A stretch of DNA of 64,000 nucleotides from Hyphomonadaceae bacterium (GTDB lineage: Bacteria > Pseudomonadota > Alphaproteobacteria > Caulobacterales > Hyphomonadaceae), in the NCBI GenBank assembly GCA_040398465.1, contig JBBAUA010000001.1, positions 85,254 to 149,253 of the forward strand. Reading direction: 5' to 3'. Made by a program: the position numbers and the translations under genes. This document shows positions 17,731 to 23,885 of this stretch, piece after piece; within the stretch, counting starts at the first letter, position 1, and the number at the start of each line of letters is the position of its first letter. Below the pieces are notes generated by a model. It was not told the origin of the DNA. It was given only the letters and a program-made list of their open reading frames with translations, and did not search any database.

Positions 17731-19776
17731 ATGTCGCAGCAAACCGCAGGGGCGACGGCCTCCAGCCCCATTCGCACTGGTCTCAACAGCGGCCTTGGCG
17801 CGCTCCGCTTCCTCGCCAGCGACCGGCTCGGGCTCCTTCTCCTTGTCTGGGCCGTCGTCGCCTTCGCCGTCCGACCCGCCTTTCTCGCCGCGAATGCCGG
17901 CATCGCCGGCTGGCCGATGGACGCGATCCGCGCGGGCATGACCCCGATCAACCTCGCCCACACCGCCGCATCGATCCAGTGGATGTCCTTCGCCGGCCTG
18001 CTTGCGCTGGTGGTCATTGGCCACGTCCGCTTCGTCGCCGCAAAGGGGGCGGAGGCGCTGTCAGGCCTCACCACCCGTTTCCTGGTCGTCACCGGCTACG
18101 CCACGCTGCTGGCAGCCGCATACCTCCTCTTTCTCTGGAGCCCGGTCTCGGTCTTCACGCTGATCACGCATGACAGCCTGATCTTCCTCGACTCGACCTA
18201 CCGCATCGCCAACGGACAAACGCCCTCGACCGATTTTCCCACCGCCCTGGGGGCCGCCCAGCTCTACCTGCCGGCATGGGCTGCCGGGCTTGTCGGCGGC
18301 TATGGCGGTTCGGTCGAGCTCGCATCCGTCTGGGTCGCGCTCGCGCTCGGCCTTGCCTGCGCCTGGATTGGCGCCTCCCGCTTCCCGACGCCGATCACCG
18401 CCACACTGATCGGCATCATCTTCCTCGTCACCGTCCCCGCAGCCCTGCTCGAACGCTGGGGTGGCGAGAGCCAGACAGTGGTCGATGGCGCCAACGAAGT
18501 GCTGGGCGACAATCTCAGCTACGCGATGTTCTACAACCGGTGGGGCTGGGCCGCCCTGATCCCGCTGTTCATGATGCTCGCCCCGCGCCGCGACCGTGAG
18601 CAGTCCCTGGGCATCGTCGAAATCGCGATCATCGCCGCCGTGCTCACCTTCATGTTCTGGCTCAAGGCGACCTATTTCGTCGCCGGTGTCGCAGGGGCAG
18701 GGATCTATGCCTTCCTCAACCCGCGCCCCGTCCGCACGCTGCTCTGGGGCGCAGGCCTTACCGCCGCAATGATCCTCGGCATCGCCCTCATGACGGGCAA
18801 CCTCGTCGCCTACATCAACGACATCATTTTCGCCGGGCAGGTCTCCGGCGCGCGTACCGAGTCCATGCTGGGCCTCGTTCGCAATAACCTGCAGGACATG
18901 TTGTTCGCCGCCGCCCCCCTCGGCGTTCTCGCTGCCATGGGGCGCTTCACCTGGCGCGACGCGCTCGCAGGCGGCTTCATCATGGTGATGTGCCTGTTCA
19001 TCATCAACCAGAACGGCCAGCTTCGGAACATGTCCGCGCTGATCGTGCTAGGCGCCTATGGCGCCGTTCGCGTGCTGCAGGAAGACAGCGCCCACCGCAT
19101 GGCCCGCATCGCCGCCGTCGGCGCCTTTGCCATGCTGTCGCTCGCCATCACGCTCGACCGGGGCCTCGTCCTGGTCGACCAGGCCTACGCCACCCTGCGC
19201 GAACAGGTACGCCCGCCCGCCCCATGGGCGCGCGAGCCGGCCCTCCGCAACGTCTACGTCCCCGAGCGCGAGAGCCTGTTCAACCGCGCTGTCAACATGT
19301 CCGAAACGCCAGCCGACCGTCTCTACAATGTCTGGCTCTCCGGCCAGCTCGGCCGCCGCCAGGAATTGCGGCAGGGCGAATACATGGAAACCCTGATGGC
19401 CGGCGTTGACGACCTGGAGACCGTCATCCGGCCTGGCGAGTCCGTCACCACCCTCGACATGACTAACCCATTCCCCTTCCTGATGAACGCCCGCGCGCCC
19501 AAGGGTAGCTGGCTCACACTGCACAAGAACCGCACCGTCAGCGAACAGAAGCATCCCGAAGCCGAAGCGATCTTCGCCGACGCCGACCATGTGATGATCG
19601 CAAAGATGTCGATGGTGCAGGCCACCGCCGATCTTATGCGCGATATCTACAGCCCATGGCTCGACGCAAACTATGGCGACCGCGTCGAGACAGCCTACTG
19701 GACACGCTGGTCACACCGGAAAACGGACGCCACCGTGGTCGCAAGCGCCCCGACTCAGCCCGCTGCGATTCGCTGA
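17731..19776 (+). CDS. large polytopic membrane protein with about 240-aa soluble C-terminal domain, unknown function
   Basis: 681 aa. About 12 hydrophobic segments in the first roughly 440 aa, then a hydrophilic domain. ATG preceded by GAGAGGGGA. Confidence 0.7.
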   Translation: MSQQTAGATASSPIRTGLNSGLGALRFLASDRLGLLLLVWAVVAFAVRPAFLAANAGIAGWPMDAIRAGMTPINLAHTAASIQWMSFAGLLALVVIGHVRFVAAKGAEALSGLTTRFLVVTGYATLLAAAYLLFLWSPVSVFTLITHDSLIFLDSTYRIANGQTPSTDFPTALGAAQLYLPAWAAGLVGGYGGSVELASVWVALALGLACAWIGASRFPTPITATLIGIIFLVTVPAALLERWGGESQTVVDGANEVLGDNLSYAMFYNRWGWAALIPLFMMLAPRRDREQSLGIVEIAIIAAVLTFMFWLKATYFVAGVAGAGIYAFLNPRPVRTLLWGAGLTAAMILGIALMTGNLVAYINDIIFAGQVSGARTESMLGLVRNNLQDMLFAAAPLGVLAAMGRFTWRDALAGGFIMVMCLFIINQNGQLRNMSALIVLGAYGAVRVLQEDSAHRMARIAAVGAFAMLSLAITLDRGLVLVDQAYATLREQVRPPAPWAREPALRNVYVPERESLFNRAVNMSETPADRLYNVWLSGQLGRRQELRQGEYMETLMAGVDDLETVIRPGESVTTLDMTNPFPFLMNARAPKGSWLTLHKNRTVSEQKHPEAEAIFADADHVMIAKMSMVQATADLMRDIYSPWLDANYGDRVETAYWTRWSHRKTDATVVASAPTQPAAIR

Positions 19777-19949
19777 AAACCAGCCATTTTCGGGGGTTCC
19801 CGAAGCTGGAAGCGTTCCAGAATAGCGATTTTCAGGGGTTTTTGCTGTGAAAAGCACGAAAAACCCTTGTAAATCACGCGTTTCCCGCTTGGGAGGCCTT
19901 CATTTCCGTGTATTCAGGTGCAGGTTTTTCACACGGGAGTCGAAAAGAC

Positions 19950-20276
19950 ATGGCCACAGCTAAATCCGCCGCTGCCAAGACCGCAGCCAAGGCGAAACAG
20001 AACACCGTCAGCCTCAAGCACCTTGCGGCCGCCCTCGCCGAGAACCACGAGCTTCCGAAGAAGCAGACCGAGGCGATGCTGAATGACGTCGTCGCGCTGA
20101 TCACCAAGCACCTCAAGAAGGGCGACCGGATCCGCCTGGTCGGTCTCGGCGTCCTCGTCGTCCGCAAGCGCGCCGCCCGCATGGGCCGCAACCCCGCCAC
20201 GGGCGAGCCGGTGCAGATCAAGGCCTCGAAGAAAGTGGCCTTCCGCGCCGCGAAAGAACTGAAAGAGTCGATCTAG
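19950..20276 (+). CDS. HU/IHF family DNA-binding protein with Lys/Ala-rich N-terminal extension
   Basis: ATG at 19950. The MATAKSAAAKTAAKAKQ tail is followed by the HU fold signature (GDRIRLVGLGVLVVRKRAARMGRNPATGEPVQI). Confidence 0.85.
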   Translation: MATAKSAAAKTAAKAKQNTVSLKHLAAALAENHELPKKQTEAMLNDVVALITKHLKKGDRIRLVGLGVLVVRKRAARMGRNPATGEPVQIKASKKVAFRAAKELKESI

Positions 20277-20306
20277 TCTCTTCCGTTCACTGACCCAAAA
20301 ATCTGG

Positions 20307-20342
20307 AACGCCCGGCTGGAAACAGCCGGGCGTTTTGCTTTT
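20307..20342 (+). terminator. rho-independent terminator (usable in both directions)
   Basis: Perfect 12-bp stem AACGCCCGGCTG / CAGCCGGGCGTT with a GAAA loop, followed by TTGCTTTT. An A-run lies on the other side. Confidence 0.75.
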
Positions 20343-20360
20343 GGGCTATCCGTGACCGCC

Positions 20361-20473
20361 GGGACCGAGTTTGGGGGGAAACCGTTGTTCGGGTTTGCGG
20401 GAAACTGAACGGCGAACGCCAACCCAATCGACCACTCCCGCCAGGAATTTGAGGGAAACACTGGCGCCAAATC
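20361..20473 (+). repeat. conserved promoter/operator module, copy 1: three TTTGNNGGAAAC boxes plus promoter block
   Basis: Boxes at 20369-20382, 20393-20405 and 20448-20459. TTGAGGG-N10-GCCAAATC at 20449-20473 fits the Caulobacter-type sigma-70 consensus TTGACGS-N10-14-GCTANAWC. It sits 33 nt before the ATG at 20507. Homologous to 54706-54818 (minus strand). Confidence 0.6.
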
Positions 20474-20506
20474 GGCGTGGCTATTTGCGGCCGTATGATC
20501 GGCCGC

Positions 20507-21313
20507 ATGACCGTCGAGCAGAACCAAGAAGCATATGAACAAGGCGAGGCCCCAAGCTGCGCCTGGCCTGTCAATGCATTTGTCGCGTGGCTCGCGACGA
20601 TGCTCGACGACATCACGCGCTTCAAACGCGCACGCTGCTTCGCTCCCAACTGGCGCGACAGCTGGCACGGCCTCCGCCAAAGCGAGTGGCATCGCGACCA
20701 GCTGATCGCCCAAGGCGTCGCGCAGCTGCTTGCGGGCCAACCCATCCAGCTCGGCGACAGAAAAATCCAGCTAACGCCGCCCGCCTCATATGGCGGCGCA
20801 TGCCCGCGTTCACCGTTCGACATGGGCCGCCGCTTCGTCGCGCTGGCCCGCTGGGCGGCTGAACAGGGGGCTATCATCCGCGCGCGCGCCAAGCGCATCT
20901 CTCGCAGTCTCCTTGCCGCCCATGGTTCGACGGACGCATGTAGCGCAGCGACGCATGAGGCGGTGGGTGTCTCGACGCGCCTCAACGCCGGCGCCTGCCT
21001 AGCCCTCATGGTGAGCAGCGACCGACTTGCCGCGCCGAAGCGCAGCGAAGGCGGGAGGGAACGCCCGTCGAACCACGAGCGCGGGCTCACCTACGCCCGC
21101 GGCCCGCCCACCTTCTCCAGCAACCGAAGCCTAACCCACGCCACCTCAGCGCCCACGCGCCTGAGATCGCACCCGCATGCCCCAATTAAAATCCATACCC
21201 GCCCGACACTGCTAACGATTGCGCGCGTCCTCCCCGAAACCACGATTTCCCCTTGCGCCACGGGCCTCCACGCAAGCTCGCGCCGCAGCCCCGTTAACGT
21301 TCACGCCTGTTAA
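20507..21313 (+). CDS. hypothetical protein (first gene of putative ORF-parA-RHH operon)
   Basis: GC-rich third positions are maintained over the whole + frame, whereas the overlapping minus ORF (20287..21090) is Arg/Ser-rich shadow. ATG at 20507; the track start is GTG at 20477. No motif recognised, and the C-terminal third looks disordered. Confidence 0.45.
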   Translation: MTVEQNQEAYEQGEAPSCAWPVNAFVAWLATMLDDITRFKRARCFAPNWRDSWHGLRQSEWHRDQLIAQGVAQLLAGQPIQLGDRKIQLTPPASYGGACPRSPFDMGRRFVALARWAAEQGAIIRARAKRISRSLLAAHGSTDACSAATHEAVGVSTRLNAGACLALMVSSDRLAAPKRSEGGRERPSNHERGLTYARGPPTFSSNRSLTHATSAPTRLRSHPHAPIKIHTRPTLLTIARVLPETTISPCATGLHASSRRSPVNVHAC

Positions 21314-21432
21314 CGGCGCGCCGTGAATTCCCCGCATCACCCTAAGTCTGCGTCAAAACGGCAAGGCGAGGGTGGTCATGTCCCGAGCCGTGCTCCGTGT
21401 TGCCGGATGGGATCAAGAGCCGGGAGTGGGAC

Positions 21433-22446
21433 ATGAACGACGGCGTTCGCGTGCTGGTGTTTGCCTCGCAGAAAGGCGGGTCCGGAAAGACCACGCTTTC
21501 CGGGCACATCGCCGTCGAAGCGGAGCGGCGGGGCGATGGCCCGGTCGCCCTGATCGACACCGATCCGCAGGGCTCGCTGGCGAAATGGTGGAATGCGCGC
21601 GCCGCGTCGACGCCGGCCTTCGCCCAGGCATCACTCGAAGAACTCGACGCCTGCCTCGATCACCTGAAGTCGATCGGCTTCAAGCTGATCGTCATCGACA
21701 CGCCGCCCGCCGTCACGCAGACGATCGCGCATGTTGTCCAGCGCGCCGATCTGGTCGTCGTGCCCACGCGCCCCAGCCCGCACGATCTTCGCGCCGTCGG
21801 CCCCACCGTCGACATCGCGGACACACTCAACAAACCGCTCGTCTTCGTCGTCAACTCGGCAACCGCCCGCGCCCGCATCACCTCCGAAACCGCCGTCGCA
21901 CTTTCCCAACACGGCGTCGTCGCGCCCGTCACGCTGCATCATCGTGTCGACTTTGCCGCTTCCATGATTGACGGCCGCACGGTCGGAGACATCCAGCCGG
22001 AATCCCGCTCAGCGCAGGAAGTCTCGCAACTCTGGCTGTTCCTGCGCGGCCGCCTCGCCAAGCTCTATGGCGGCGCCGACGCCCGCTGGGCCGAGAAGCC
22101 CCGCGCCGATTTCTCGACTGCTGTTCTCACGCCGGAAACTCCGCTGCTCCCTGCCGCCGCCTTGTCCGATGACGAGGAAGACGGCTGGGATGCGGACCTT
22201 CCCGCCTGGGCCAGCATCGCGATCGCCAACGCCACCGCAGCGGCGCCGCCGGTCGAACGTCGCGCAGCCGGCGCGCAGCCAAGAGCGGCCCCGCCCCAGC
22301 AGATGCGTCGGGCCGACTCCGACCTGCTCACCGCACCTCGTCCCGAAGCGAGCCAGCTCGAGCGGCGACGGTCAGATCACGGTCCGCCCGCCGGGCAGCC
22401 CGATCGCCGCCAGCCACGAAGCTTCGGCCGCCGTCCCACGCACTGA
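21433..22446 (+). CDS. ParA/MinD-family ATPase (small type-Ib-like core) with about 125-aa disordered C-terminal tail
   Basis: Deviant Walker A SQKGGSGKTT, A' LIDTDPQGS, Walker B LIVIDTPP. ATG at 21433 after GGGAGTGGGAC. The tail is rich in Pro, Ala, Arg and Asp. Confidence 0.85.
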   Translation: MNDGVRVLVFASQKGGSGKTTLSGHIAVEAERRGDGPVALIDTDPQGSLAKWWNARAASTPAFAQASLEELDACLDHLKSIGFKLIVIDTPPAVTQTIAHVVQRADLVVVPTRPSPHDLRAVGPTVDIADTLNKPLVFVVNSATARARITSETAVALSQHGVVAPVTLHHRVDFAASMIDGRTVGDIQPESRSAQEVSQLWLFLRGRLAKLYGGADARWAEKPRADFSTAVLTPETPLLPAAALSDDEEDGWDADLPAWASIAIANATAAAPPVERRAAGAQPRAAPPQQMRRADSDLLTAPRPEASQLERRRSDHGPPAGQPDRRQPRSFGRRPTH

Positions 22447-22458
22447 GGGCAAAGCGCG

Positions 22459-23025
22459 ATGACCGCACCACAGTATGCATCGCTCACCGCCGGCCTGCTC
22501 GCCCGCAAGGGCGAAGCCGCGCCGTCGAAAGAGCCCAGTTTCGGCCATCGTCCATGGCAACCGCCTGTTGCTCCGGCCCCCACGCCGGTTCAACCGCCCC
22601 AGCGCCAGCCGGCCTGGCTGTCGCCGGCGCCGGCCGAGGCCAGTGCGCCCGACGTCAGCAAAGCAAAGGTGCGCCTGAACGACGTCTCGGCTGCCTGGCC
22701 AACGACCAGGGCTCCGCACCCGCCGCAGGCCGACGACGCCAATTGGGTGCCGAACAAACCGCACCAACCCCTCGCCCTCGGGAGCCTCGGCGTTCCGTTC
22801 AAGACGACGATCCGCCTCACTCACGCCCAGGCGCGCGCCGTCAAGCTCGCGGCGCTGATCCTCGACAAGCCGCAGCAGGATATCCTGACGGCCGGCCTGA
22901 TCGAACGGCTCGAAGCGCTGGCCTGTGCGGACCTCGCCAAGTGCTCGTGCTTCAAAGCTGTGATCGAGGGATTGCGGTCGCCGGAGCAGGGCGCGCCGGT
23001 TGAAGAGGCGCCGTTGGCCTACTAG
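22459..23025 (+). CDS. ribbon-helix-helix (ParG/CopG-like) protein with long Pro-rich N-terminal region
   Basis: Starts 12 nt after the parA-like stop. C-terminal KTTIRLTHAQARAVKLAALILDKPQQDILTAGLIERLEAL fits a beta-strand/helix/helix RHH pattern. The first roughly 120 aa are low complexity. Confidence 0.55.
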   Translation: MTAPQYASLTAGLLARKGEAAPSKEPSFGHRPWQPPVAPAPTPVQPPQRQPAWLSPAPAEASAPDVSKAKVRLNDVSAAWPTTRAPHPPQADDANWVPNKPHQPLALGSLGVPFKTTIRLTHAQARAVKLAALILDKPQQDILTAGLIERLEALACADLAKCSCFKAVIEGLRSPEQGAPVEEAPLAY

Positions 23026-23549
23026 TTGTCGCTCTTGCAGGCGGGCAGGGAGAGGCCCTTCGGCAGCCGCGTTTCCGCGTCGCCACAGGCACGGTTCAAC
23101 TGAGCCTGCGTAAGTCCAGTAGTTGTCGACAGGTCTGAGCCGGAAAAGTTCACGTTCGCCAGATTGGCATTGTCGAACTTCGAGGCATTGAACGATCCGC
23201 CCACGAGCACGGCGTCCTCGAAATTCACGTCCGAAAAGTCGGCGTGTTCCGCGCGAATGCCAAAGCCGTTCACCACCGACATATTGGCGCCGGCGAACGT
23301 CGATTTGTCGAAAGTGGAGAGGCTGAGGTCTGCCTGGCGCAGGCGAGCGCCCGTCAGGTTGCGGGCCTCAAGCTCTTGGTACGAAAGGTCGACCTGGAAG
23401 AGATCGCAATTGGCGCACGCTTTCTCGCCCATGACGAGCCGTTCCGCCGTTGCCTTGCGGCTGGCGTCGTTCTCGTCAGGGGGCTGTGCAAAAGCGGTGA
23501 GGCTCATCGCCCCGATCGCCGCAACGGCGAGTACAATTCGAAGGATCAT
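23022..23549 (-). CDS. secreted pentapeptide-repeat protein
   Basis: Signal peptide MILRIVLAVAAIGAMSLTAFA, then tandem A(D/N)LSx pentapeptide repeats. The stop codon shares a CTAG with the convergent RHH gene. Confidence 0.85.
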   Translation of the reverse strand: MILRIVLAVAAIGAMSLTAFAQPPDENDASRKATAERLVMGEKACANCDLFQVDLSYQELEARNLTGARLRQADLSLSTFDKSTFAGANMSVVNGFGIRAEHADFSDVNFEDAVLVGGSFNASKFDNANLANVNFSGSDLSTTTGLTQAQLNRACGDAETRLPKGLSLPACKSDN

Positions 23550-23615
23550 TTAAACCAGGACGGAGAGGCTCATCAGGCCAATGGCCATAACTGCGATTAC
23601 GATGCGGCTTACCAT
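23550..23615 (-). CDS. 21-aa upstream ORF that duplicates the signal peptide of the downstream pentapeptide-repeat gene
   Basis: MVSRIVIAVMAIGLMSLSVLV compared with MILRIVLAVAAIGAMSLTAFA (12/21 identical). Its TAA abuts the ATG of the next gene (TAAATG). Confidence 0.3.
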   Translation of the reverse strand: MVSRIVIAVMAIGLMSLSVLV

Positions 23616-23885
23616 TCAAGTCCCGTTCCAGGTTTTCTACCGGTTTACCCCGGTGGTTGCGCTAACCAACGCAGGCCGGAGATAGGAGTTCAATCGAGGC
23701 GGATTGCAGGCGTCATTCAGAGTGAATAGCGGTGTTTGCGTGTAGGAAGCGTAAGGATTGCTTAGTCCGGTTACTGAAAAGCAAACGCAACTGCCACACA
23801 GCGCGCGGGGCTCTACGCCTCAGTTCGAAGCGGCGATAGCGGCCGTGACGCCGCACCCGTCAGAACTTGGGTCGGCAAGGATTGC

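Noticed and set aside
20287-21090. 267-aa minus-strand ORF overlapping the hypothetical gene 20507..21313.
   Set aside because: Its composition is Arg/Ser/Trp-rich shadow-like. The plus frame keeps GC-rich third positions throughout, and it sits correctly downstream of the predicted promoter.
21285-21330. GTTAACG...GTTAACGG direct repeat with TTCACG/CGTGAA arms between ORF 20507 and parA, considered as a CtrA box or centromere repeat.
   Set aside because: The TTAA spacing is 12 nt, not the N7 of the CtrA consensus. There are only two short copies, too little to call.
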